From positions 10,668-74,667 of the forward strand of contig CAZGYB010000004.1 in NCBI GenBank assembly GCA_964530235.1: 64,000 nucleotides of DNA, in the 5' to 3' direction. Below, piece by piece: positions 37,772 to 45,580 of this stretch (its first letter is position 1; each line of letters begins with the position of its first letter). The notes below the pieces were generated by a model. It was not told where the DNA came from. It saw nothing but the letters and a program-made list of their open reading frames with translations, and ran no database searches. The position numbers were made by a program, and so were the translations under genes. The stretch is from an uncultured Gammaproteobacteria bacterium (GTDB lineage Bacteria > Patescibacteriota > Microgenomatia > UBA1406 > GWC2-37-13).

Positions 37772-39382
37772 ATGAAATTAAAACAACGCATAGTATTATC
37801 CGGTATTGTTGGGGTGGTAACTTTGGTTGCAGGGTTTGTATTTTACTACACTCAGCTTCGGACATACACAAAAGCAGCACCCGGCGTGCCTTCTGTTTTC
37901 TTTGCGGTGAATCCTGCAATCTCATCTTCAACCGGCAATTTTGACCTAATACTCAAAGTAAATCCGAATGGTGCTTCATTTAATGCATTTGATTTGCGGG
38001 TCATGTATGATCCGGCAAAAACGGGTTTTCAGAATGAGTCAGATCTGAACGCAAATATTGTTGAGATAAACCCGAATCGAGTTATTAGTAGTCAGTCGCG
38101 GATCGATGCACAGACGCATAAAATTACCGTTGTCGGGTTGCGGGAGGGCGGTGCTAACTTCAGCGGATCATCTGATATAGAAATTGTGAAAATTACCATG
38201 AAACTTCTTCCCGGTGCTGGTCTTCCGGTCGTATTTACCTGGGACAACGGAACAAAACTGGGAGCGGATATTCAGATTGAACGGGTAAATGGTTCATTCC
38301 CTGAGTCTGCGGGCGGAAGTTCGTCTTCTGGAGATCCGAATAAGCCGGGAAGTATTTTTATGAGCTCTGATCGGACTCAGTATCAGGTGGGTGATCATCT
38401 CGATCTTTTTGCATATATTTCGACAGAGGGCGAGCAGGTCAAAACATCGGATATTTACCTCCCTTTTAACTCCGCTTCGGTTGATTTTCAGCGTGTCGGT
38501 GGGATAAGCGCAAATGTAGAAATACTTCCGGGGACCGGGTTCAGTCAGAGTGATTCGGTTGTCGCCTTAAGTGGGAATGTTATTCGCATCACGCTTATTA
38601 CTCCAACTTCGGGTGGTAACCCGGTTCCGGTTGCAGGAAACCGGTTGAAAGTTGCCAAAATTTTGTTTAAAACCAAAAGAACTGGGGACATTTCATTTAC
38701 CGTTGATCAAACAAGGAGCAATTTATACACCTTGTTGAACAGGAATATTTTGGGCCAGACACCCGGATACACAATTACTGTTGAAGAAGAATCCGGTGGT
38801 GGAGGCGGAGGGGGAAGCTCATCTTCATCCGCTCCTGAAACAGTACCAAGCAATGGAGACTTGCTCAATATAAACTCCAATATTTTTGATCAAAGCCCGT
38901 TTCGGTATGAACAGCAGATCGTACTTGATAAAGCAACCTATACTTTGACTGCAAGCGCGCGCACCTATATTTCGCGGGGAAGAGGTGTGTTGGTTACAGT
39001 CGCATGCGCAGAGCAAAATTGCGGAAACGGTAAAACGCTGAATGCAATCATTGCAGAAACACAGAAATTTCCAGTTTCCTCACAGTATCAGGAACAGACA
39101 GTGACGTTTGATATTAATGATGCAACAAAAAATAAAAGATACACAGTGCGGATTTTTGCAGAAGATGGTTCTGAGGCTGATTTTGACATGGTTTCTTTGC
39201 AGAATCAGTGGGGAGGGGAGCAGTTGCAGAATGAGCAGTTCGGATCAAGCGAACAGACGCCGTTTGCCCGCAAGCATCCGGACCTGTGGGATATAGATGA
39301 GGCGGGGAGAATTTACGGAACTGTTGATACAAGTAAAGGCAATCAGGGAGCATTATATATTAACAGCGTTTCACGGGAATGA
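37772..39382 (+). CDS. secreted protein with two cohesin-like modules and a CBM4_9-like jelly-roll domain
   Basis: The two cohesin-like modules are FDLILKVNPNGASFNAFDLRVMYDPAKTGF...IEIVKITMKLLPG and LDLFAYISTEGEQVKTSDIYLPFNSASVDF...VAKILFKTKRTGDISF. The C-terminal ...ATYTLTASARTY...RYTVRIFAEDGSEADFDMVSLQ is homologous to the middle of 39379..41328. Confidence 0.6.
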   Translation: MKLKQRIVLSGIVGVVTLVAGFVFYYTQLRTYTKAAPGVPSVFFAVNPAISSSTGNFDLILKVNPNGASFNAFDLRVMYDPAKTGFQNESDLNANIVEINPNRVISSQSRIDAQTHKITVVGLREGGANFSGSSDIEIVKITMKLLPGAGLPVVFTWDNGTKLGADIQIERVNGSFPESAGGSSSSGDPNKPGSIFMSSDRTQYQVGDHLDLFAYISTEGEQVKTSDIYLPFNSASVDFQRVGGISANVEILPGTGFSQSDSVVALSGNVIRITLITPTSGGNPVPVAGNRLKVAKILFKTKRTGDISFTVDQTRSNLYTLLNRNILGQTPGYTITVEEESGGGGGGGSSSSSAPETVPSNGDLLNINSNIFDQSPFRYEQQIVLDKATYTLTASARTYISRGRGVLVTVACAEQNCGNGKTLNAIIAETQKFPVSSQYQEQTVTFDINDATKNKRYTVRIFAEDGSEADFDMVSLQNQWGGEQLQNEQFGSSEQTPFARKHPDLWDIDEAGRIYGTVDTSKGNQGALYINSVSRE

Positions 39383-41328
39383 ACAGAAACATAAATATAA
39401 ATCTAATTAATAATATTCTCAGAATTTTTTTTGGTGTTCTTGTTTTAAGTTTTTTGATGATAGGAATAGGTAGCTATTGGGAAGTGAAAGCTGCCTGTGA
39501 GCCTCGTGAATGTGATAGCGGTAATTCATGTCCAGAGGGATTTCATTGTACTGCATTTTGTTGTGTTCCAGATTCTGGGGGTAGTTCAAGCTCTGCTGGG
39601 AATAGCAGTTCTGCCGGAAACTCGTCATCGCAAAATAATTCTTCAAGTTCTCAGGGAGGTGGGGGTAGTTGTAGCAAAAATGAATGGAATTCATGTCAGG
39701 GTGGATCGAGACAGTGTGTTACGAGAAATAAACCCGAATGTGATGGCGGAGGATGTGATTGCTATTCTAACGATTGTAATGATGGAGCAGTTGAGGATTG
39801 TAGTGGGGGTGGAAACAGTTCCAGTAGCTCAACTGGTGGTTCAAGTTCGTCAGCAGGAGGGAGCAGTTCTTCAGGCGGGTCAAGCTCATCGAGAAGTTCA
39901 AGTAGCAGCAGCGGAGGCGGAGGAAGTTCTTCATCTGGAGGTGGTGGTAATAGTTCAAGTTCATCAGGACCGACCTGTACGGAGTACCCGTTTAAAGAAG
40001 CAAGTATTGTACCGTATTCAGTCAGTCCGGGAGGAGATGTTATGGTTACCTGCAATTATGGAAAAGACCTTGACTGTATTCAGGTTTCCGGAGGCGGGCT
40101 ATCAAATTGTATTTACCGGTATTACGATGAAGGAAATGCTTTTTTCCTCTGCAAAGCATCGCAGGATGGAGGAGTGTATAACAGCGCAAAGTGTAAACTC
40201 ATTGCAAATACATCTGATAAATGTTGCGCAAGCACCAATCCGGCTGGATCATATAAGGTTCTTTCCAATGCGCCCCATTATAGTCAGCGGATGCGCTTGC
40301 CTGCGGGGACATATACCCTCTCATCCCGTATTCAGCCACTGATTGTGAAAGGAAAAGGAGTCGAGGTTCGGCTCGTCTGCCGGTCGAGCAGTTGTTTTTC
40401 TTCGTATAAAGAAAATTCGGTCATCGGTAAATTGAGTTATTCCGAATCTGCAACGTTTATTGAAAAAAGTCTTCAGGTGCTTATTCCCGGGCAGGGCGCT
40501 AACAAAGACTATGCGGTGATGATTGCGGTTGCAGACGGTTCTGAAGCTTTTGTTGATTCGGTAAAAATGATGCTCGGATCAACAAACTATATCGTAAACA
40601 GCGAATTTAGTTCGGTTGGAAGCACAACTGTCAGTTATCTTCAGCCGGTTTCCTGGAATATTGCCAATAATCGTCTGGGGCTATACTATGGAATGGCTTA
40701 TCAGACTGTGCCAAAAACGATTTTTACACCGCCCGGAGGTGGGGGAGGAGGCGGGGGTGGAGGTGGTGGTGGGGGAAGTGGTCCGCCGGTAGCTATGAAA
40801 CTGCAGTTGAAATTAAAGTTTCAGGGCATTACAAAGAAACCTCTCAACTCGGACCCGATTTCTGTCAAAATAAAGGTGGGGACAGGTGCAACAGCGCAAG
40901 CTGGTTCGTTTACTCCGGATGAAAATGGTGTTTGGAGCGGTTCGGTGTCGGTGAATGCGCCGGCCGGTAGCGGGCATGTAGTCTATGTTAAAGGACCAAA
41001 ACACCTGCAGAAAAAAATTTGTGATATAAACCCGACTGAAAGCCCAGCTGGCACATATCATTGCTCATCAGGTAAAATTACGCTTACCGCAGGGACGAAC
41101 AACCTTGATTTTTCACAGATTCTTTTGCTGGCAGGTGATCTTCCGGATGCATCCGGAAATCAGAGCGGGATTATTGACACATATGATATCTCCTCAGTCC
41201 GCCAGAATTTAGGGACAACAGACACTGCAAAAATTGCAGTCGGAGATCTGGATTTTGACAAAGGAATTACAACGCAGGATTGGTCATTGGTTGTCCAGTC
41301 GCTCGGAATAAAGTATGATGAAGAATAA
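39379..41328 (+). CDS. secreted Cys-rich + CBM-like + Ig-like/dockerin-like protein
   Basis: The ATGA start overlaps the upstream stop. The protein has a TM, Cys-rich modules (CEPRECDSGNSCPEGFHCTAFCC...) and S/G linkers. A CBM-like domain (AGTYTLSSRIQP...DYAVMIAVADGSEAFVDSVKM) and a G15 linker follow. The C-terminal module is homologous to that of 25491..28163. Confidence 0.6.
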   Translation: MNRNININLINNILRIFFGVLVLSFLMIGIGSYWEVKAACEPRECDSGNSCPEGFHCTAFCCVPDSGGSSSSAGNSSSAGNSSSQNNSSSSQGGGGSCSKNEWNSCQGGSRQCVTRNKPECDGGGCDCYSNDCNDGAVEDCSGGGNSSSSSTGGSSSSAGGSSSSGGSSSSRSSSSSSGGGGSSSSGGGGNSSSSSGPTCTEYPFKEASIVPYSVSPGGDVMVTCNYGKDLDCIQVSGGGLSNCIYRYYDEGNAFFLCKASQDGGVYNSAKCKLIANTSDKCCASTNPAGSYKVLSNAPHYSQRMRLPAGTYTLSSRIQPLIVKGKGVEVRLVCRSSSCFSSYKENSVIGKLSYSESATFIEKSLQVLIPGQGANKDYAVMIAVADGSEAFVDSVKMMLGSTNYIVNSEFSSVGSTTVSYLQPVSWNIANNRLGLYYGMAYQTVPKTIFTPPGGGGGGGGGGGGGGSGPPVAMKLQLKLKFQGITKKPLNSDPISVKIKVGTGATAQAGSFTPDENGVWSGSVSVNAPAGSGHVVYVKGPKHLQKKICDINPTESPAGTYHCSSGKITLTAGTNNLDFSQILLLAGDLPDASGNQSGIIDTYDISSVRQNLGTTDTAKIAVGDLDFDKGITTQDWSLVVQSLGIKYDEE

Positions 41329-41359
41329 TCGCATATTAGTTAGAAATTAACATATAATT

Positions 41360-41989
41360 ATGGAAGGACAGAATATGACAACGCAACAGCAGAACAGCCA
41401 CAAGGGAGTGTTTATTCTTTTTATTGTTCTTATTGTAATTTTTCTCGGGACAGGTATCTTTCTGCTTGCGCAAAAAACAAAGCGTGATAAAGACACAAAA
41501 CAGGCCGTTTCCTCGATGAATAAACCGATTGAACCAAGTATTACACCAACGCCAACTCTTATCCCATACGCTAAAAAAGGTTCAATGTATTTGTTTGCTC
41601 CGGAAAGTACGGTAAAAGAGGGGCAGAGTATTACTCTTCAGGTACAGGCAACTTCGGACAAGTCAGACATCGTTGGGTTTGATATGGTTGTGGCGTACGA
41701 CGAAAGCATACTCGAATTTAAATCTGCGGATTCCGCAGTATCTTCATTCAAGTCTTATGTATATCCGCGATCTGGTTATGTATCAGTAACGATGATTAAA
41801 TCACTCCAGGAAACCCAAGCGACGGTTTTTGACAAAACCGATATTGCAACTGTTACCTTTACTGCAAAGAAAAAGGGGAAAACAATCGTAGACCTTACCG
41901 CAAAAGGCAACGACAGCACCAAGTTTGCGGATAACAATGCAAATGTAACATACCCTGATACCAACCAGATTGATCTTGAAATTAATTAG
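41360..41989 (+). CDS. membrane-anchored cohesin-like protein
   Basis: TM (GVFILFIVLIVIFLGTGIFLLA) followed by EGQSITLQVQATSDKSDIVGFDMVVAYDESILEFKSA...IATVTFTAKKKGKTIV. Confidence 0.55.
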   Translation: MEGQNMTTQQQNSHKGVFILFIVLIVIFLGTGIFLLAQKTKRDKDTKQAVSSMNKPIEPSITPTPTLIPYAKKGSMYLFAPESTVKEGQSITLQVQATSDKSDIVGFDMVVAYDESILEFKSADSAVSSFKSYVYPRSGYVSVTMIKSLQETQATVFDKTDIATVTFTAKKKGKTIVDLTAKGNDSTKFADNNANVTYPDTNQIDLEIN

Positions 41990-42012
41990 GAAGTGACAGA
42001 TAATAAATCAAC

Positions 42013-42696
42013 ATGAAGCAGACTTTCGTAACGGTTTTTTCAGCACTTTTTCTGTTTCTTTTTCTCCCTATTTTTTTTCAGGGAGGTTTGGTCCATGCTG
42101 CATATCTGAAATTTGATCAAACTTCTGTTTCGGTTGCAGTTGGAGCAACCTATCAGGCACAGGTGGTTGTTGATGCAGGTACGGATCAAATTACTTCAAC
42201 TGACGTGTGGGTAGTGTATGATACCGCAAAACTAGAAGCGCAAACGGTTTCAGCTGGAACTTTTTTCCCAACGGTAACAAACAACATTTCATCTGGCAAG
42301 GTCTATATTGCAGGGCTTATTGTTGATCCAGGGACTTATAAAACCGGTTCGGGAACTGTTGCAACCATAACATTCCGTGGGGTTTCAAACGGAACAACTT
42401 CACTGACTTTTGACTGTCGGACTGAGGTTAGCAACTCATCAAAAATAATTAAAAATGATGTCAATGCTACAAACGTTATTGTCTGTAGCCAAAATGGGAC
42501 ACAGTCAGTAAACGTCGGAGGAACCTCGGGGGGTTCGAGTAACCCAACTTCAACACCCGCCGTATTAGGCGTGGCGCCGACTGTTATTCCAACCCAGCTT
42601 CCCCAATCGGGAATAGCGGAACATTTCCATAAATTTATAGGACCGGGGATCGTACTATTTCTTATCGGCATATCACTGCGGTTTTTACTGTTATAG
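42013..42696 (+). CDS. cohesin-like surface protein with an LPxTG-like sorting signal
   Basis: Signal peptide, then LKFDQTSVSVAVGATYQAQVVVDAG.DQITSTDVWVVYDTAKLEAQTV...GTVATITFRGVSNGTTSLTFD. The C-terminus is LPQSG, a hydrophobic stretch, then RFLLL. Confidence 0.6.
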   Translation: MKQTFVTVFSALFLFLFLPIFFQGGLVHAAYLKFDQTSVSVAVGATYQAQVVVDAGTDQITSTDVWVVYDTAKLEAQTVSAGTFFPTVTNNISSGKVYIAGLIVDPGTYKTGSGTVATITFRGVSNGTTSLTFDCRTEVSNSSKIIKNDVNATNVIVCSQNGTQSVNVGGTSGGSSNPTSTPAVLGVAPTVIPTQLPQSGIAEHFHKFIGPGIVLFLIGISLRFLLL

Positions 42697-42710
42697 AGAT
42701 ATATTTTCCC

Positions 42711-43511
42711 ATGGACAAAAAAAAGAAAATTATCAAAATTGCTTCAATCGTCGTTGGAGTCCTTCTTGGACTGCTTGTTCTTTTTGTAGGATTTACCCTC
42801 GCACAGCGGTATTTTTTAAAAGCTTCTGATACTGCACCGCGTGATGTGCTTACTGCCTCAGTGACTCAAAATAGTGCGAAAGTGACCTGGACAACCGATC
42901 AGGAATCGCAGGCAGTTGTTGAATACGGAACATCGCCAACTGCGCTTAATTTTTTTGCGCCGGAATCTGCAAAGTCAAAAACACACAGCGTTGATCTTAC
43001 TCTGCTTTCACCCGCAACAACCTATTATTTTCAGATCCGCATCGGTGATAAAAAGTATGACAATGCCGGCGTGCCGTGGTCAATTACGACAAAAACAAAA
43101 GACGGTGCATCAACAGGAACCGGCACACCGGGGCCGACAAATCCTGCAGGAACGCCAACTCCCGGAACAGTACCAGAATCAGGCGGAACAGCAGTTCCGC
43201 AACCGACACAGGTTTTGGTTGTGCCCAATATTCCGACAGCGACCCCGTACGTGGTTCCAACCCTTGCTTCATACGTCTGTGGTGAAACAAGCTGTGACGC
43301 AATCTGCCGGAAAATCGGCACTACCTGCAGTACACAGGATTGGATGAAGTCAGGGTGCGTTGGCAAGTTGACGCTTGGGACCTGTGCGACCATCCAGCCT
43401 ACAAATACGCCAACACCTACAGTAACCCCGAGTACGACCCCGACTCCCACTGCAACGCCAACTCCGACAAATACACCGACTCCAACCAATACCCCAACCC
43501 CAACGCCGTAA
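42711..43511 (+). CDS. membrane-anchored FN3-like protein with a Cys module and a Thr/Pro-rich tail
   Basis: TM, then VTQNSAKVTWTTDQESQAVVEYGTSP...ATTYYFQIRIG (FN3/PAP-N-like). The tail is [36 protein letters not shown]. Confidence 0.5.
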   Translation: MDKKKKIIKIASIVVGVLLGLLVLFVGFTLAQRYFLKASDTAPRDVLTASVTQNSAKVTWTTDQESQAVVEYGTSPTALNFFAPESAKSKTHSVDLTLLSPATTYYFQIRIGDKKYDNAGVPWSITTKTKDGASTGTGTPGPTNPAGTPTPGTVPESGGTAVPQPTQVLVVPNIPTATPYVVPTLASYVCGETSCDAICRKIGTTCSTQDWMKSGCVGKLTLGTCATIQPTNTPTPTVTPSTTPTPTATPTPTNTPTPTNTPTPTP

Positions 43512-43547
43512 ACTGATAGGGAATAATTCGCTTTTCTTTTTTTTGTG

Positions 43548-43556
43548 TGGTATGAT
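43548..43556 (+). promoter_or_regulatory. extended -10 promoter element
   Basis: TGgTATGAT lies after a T-rich tract, 27 nt upstream of the ATG at 43583. Confidence 0.3.
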
Positions 43557-43582
43557 GAAGTATTACCAGTTAAATCAAACGT

Positions 43583-44032
43583 ATGTCAGATACAAAAAAA
43601 TCTTCTAAATTCGGCCTTGGGTTATTATTTGGTACGCTTCTGGGTGGGATTACGGCACTGTTTCTTTCGCCGACATCCGGTCCGGAAAACAGGGAAGCGG
43701 TTGCTAAGAAGGTAAAAGAACTGGAAAAGCTCTTGGCAGATCATGAACTGGATGAAAAAATACGAGAGGTTTTTGGCGAAGTGACTGAGGAGACAAAAGC
43801 GCTGTATAAACAGGCGAAAAAAGAATTGATCAAACGGCTGTCTGAACTCAAAGAATCAGTAGAAAGTATTGACCGGGAAAAATATATTGAAGTAGTCCAC
43901 GAAACCGTTGAAATCCTCAAAAAAGAAGCCCGCAGAGAGGTAAAAGATATGGAACGGTTGAAGGCACAACTGTTAACCGAGTGGAAAAAACTCAGACCCG
44001 AACCAAAATTGATCGCAAAGAAAAAGAAATAA
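43583..44032 (+). CDS. YtxH domain-containing protein
   Basis: FGLGLLFGTLLGGITALFLSPTSGPENRE is followed by a long charged helix, the typical YtxH layout. Confidence 0.7.
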   Translation: MSDTKKSSKFGLGLLFGTLLGGITALFLSPTSGPENREAVAKKVKELEKLLADHELDEKIREVFGEVTEETKALYKQAKKELIKRLSELKESVESIDREKYIEVVHETVEILKKEARREVKDMERLKAQLLTEWKKLRPEPKLIAKKKK

Positions 44033-44035
44033 TCA

Positions 44036-45580
44036 TCAAAGCGATTGACTGATCCAGTCTGCAATTGGTTCAAGATTAAAAGAAGACCAGTGTGAATCTC
44101 CGATCTGGTAGAGCGTTGCGCCCAAAACATACGGATCCTGATTGATTTGGCTATTAAACCAGCTGAGCCAGTTGGCATAGTCAGAAAGAGATCCGCGCAC
44201 ATTCCATCCGCTTGTTTTCGGGTCTCCATTCCGGTCAACGCCTGCTTCAGAAAGAATAAACGGGAGCGAGGCAAGCGATCCGTCAAGTTCGGAAATCGCC
44301 TGATGGATCTGGCGGTAGCGCAGTGAGGTCTGTATTTCCTGCCCAAGATCAGTGGTATAGTTTAATGTATAGGCATGATAGCAGAATGTGCCCTGGTTTC
44401 GGTTTAACTCCTGAAGAGCCGGTAGAAATGGTGCAAGATTGTTTTTTATTTCCGCATATCCGCCGGGAGGGTTCCCGACAGGAATGCTTCCAATACAGGT
44501 TTTTAAGCCCCGACTTCGATAGAGCGAAATGAGTTCTTTCCAAAAGGAATTAAGCCACGCAGTGTTTACCGTGCTTTCCCATCCGGGTGTGTTGTCAAGT
44601 TCATTTGGGGTCTCGATATAATTAAACAGCTCAATATTTTGCCCGAGCATAGTTAATGCGGGTTGTACAATCGTCAGATAAAAAACATTCGCAGACAACA
44701 CAGGATCTTGAATTAACGTAAACCGAAAACCGCTTGTTCCTAAATAAATTCGCAGAACCGAGATGCCGGTTGGATTCAAGCGTCTGAAATCTAAAGCAGC
44801 CTGAAGTGTCGGATTTATATGCGGGTCCATAACTTTAATAATTCGGGGCTTTGCAGATACTATTTTTTGTGCTCCCGCAGAGTACTGGGAGAGAATATAC
44901 ACACCTATTTTTCCTTTGAGAAGTCCGGGCGGGGGAAGGGGGGTGGTGGGTTGAGGAGCGGGGGTGAGTGTTGGTATAACAAAATCTTCTTCGGTTTGAT
45001 CGTATTCGGGAACCTCAAAAAAAACAGAGAAAAGTTTCGTGAGAAGAGTGAACGGTTTTTGATAATCAGAGGTGGATGAGGTTGAACTGTTGGCGGAAGA
45101 TTGAGGAAATAACGGTTTCATCTGCACATCACGCGCAGTTGCAATTTCCCGTTCCTGTTTTTGCGCTTCCTTGGAAAGCGATGTTTCATAGGATTTTTTA
45201 CCGTATTGATTGCCGAGTACCGTAAGCGGGAAGCTGGTTTGAATTGAGGATTTTTCTTCTGCAGAATAGGTTGAGTTTGCTTGCGTTTTTAATGAAGAAT
45301 TGGATGAATTTTGTGACAGGTCGTTTTTAGAGTTTGTTTTTTGGTTAACTGCATCAGATTTAATTTTTTTTGAAGAGGAAGTTTGTCCAATTCCTTCAGA
45401 CTCTTCTTCGCCGGCTCGGTCGATTCTTTTAACACGAAAGACCCGCTGAAGAAGATTTTGAGAGGAATCATCCTGACCAGAGTACTGTGGCAGTTTTATG
45501 AACCAAAAGAAAAGGATAAGAATGAAGAGAATGACAACTGAAACTGCAATAAGTATAGCAAGGCTTCCCGGTTTGCTCAT
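44036..45580 (-). CDS. membrane-anchored protein with a TIM-barrel glycoside-hydrolase-like (clan GH-A-like) C-terminal domain
   Basis: N-terminal TM and a Ser/Gln-rich linker. The C-terminal ~300 aa carry a candidate acid/base YIETPNELD and nucleophile FILSEAGVD. The spacing looks GH-A-like by eye only. Confidence 0.4.
   Translation of the reverse strand: MSKPGSLAILIAVSVVILFILILFFWFIKLPQYSGQDDSSQNLLQRVFRVKRIDRAGEEESEGIGQTSSSKKIKSDAVNQKTNSKNDLSQNSSNSSLKTQANSTYSAEEKSSIQTSFPLTVLGNQYGKKSYETSLSKEAQKQEREIATARDVQMKPLFPQSSANSSTSSTSDYQKPFTLLTKLFSVFFEVPEYDQTEEDFVIPTLTPAPQPTTPLPPPGLLKGKIGVYILSQYSAGAQKIVSAKPRIIKVMDPHINPTLQAALDFRRLNPTGISVLRIYLGTSGFRFTLIQDPVLSANVFYLTIVQPALTMLGQNIELFNYIETPNELDNTPGWESTVNTAWLNSFWKELISLYRSRGLKTCIGSIPVGNPPGGYAEIKNNLAPFLPALQELNRNQGTFCYHAYTLNYTTDLGQEIQTSLRYRQIHQAISELDGSLASLPFILSEAGVDRNGDPKTSGWNVRGSLSDYANWLSWFNSQINQDPYVLGATLYQIGDSHWSSFNLEPIADWISQSL

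Noticed and set aside
39497-40342. 281-aa alternative-frame ORF inside 39379..41328, and similar ones at 29473..29961, 36594..37019 and 43031..43489.
   Set aside because: These arise in Ser/Gly/Thr-Pro low-complexity coding DNA. The annotated frames contain recognisable TM, cohesin, dockerin or CBM-like modules.
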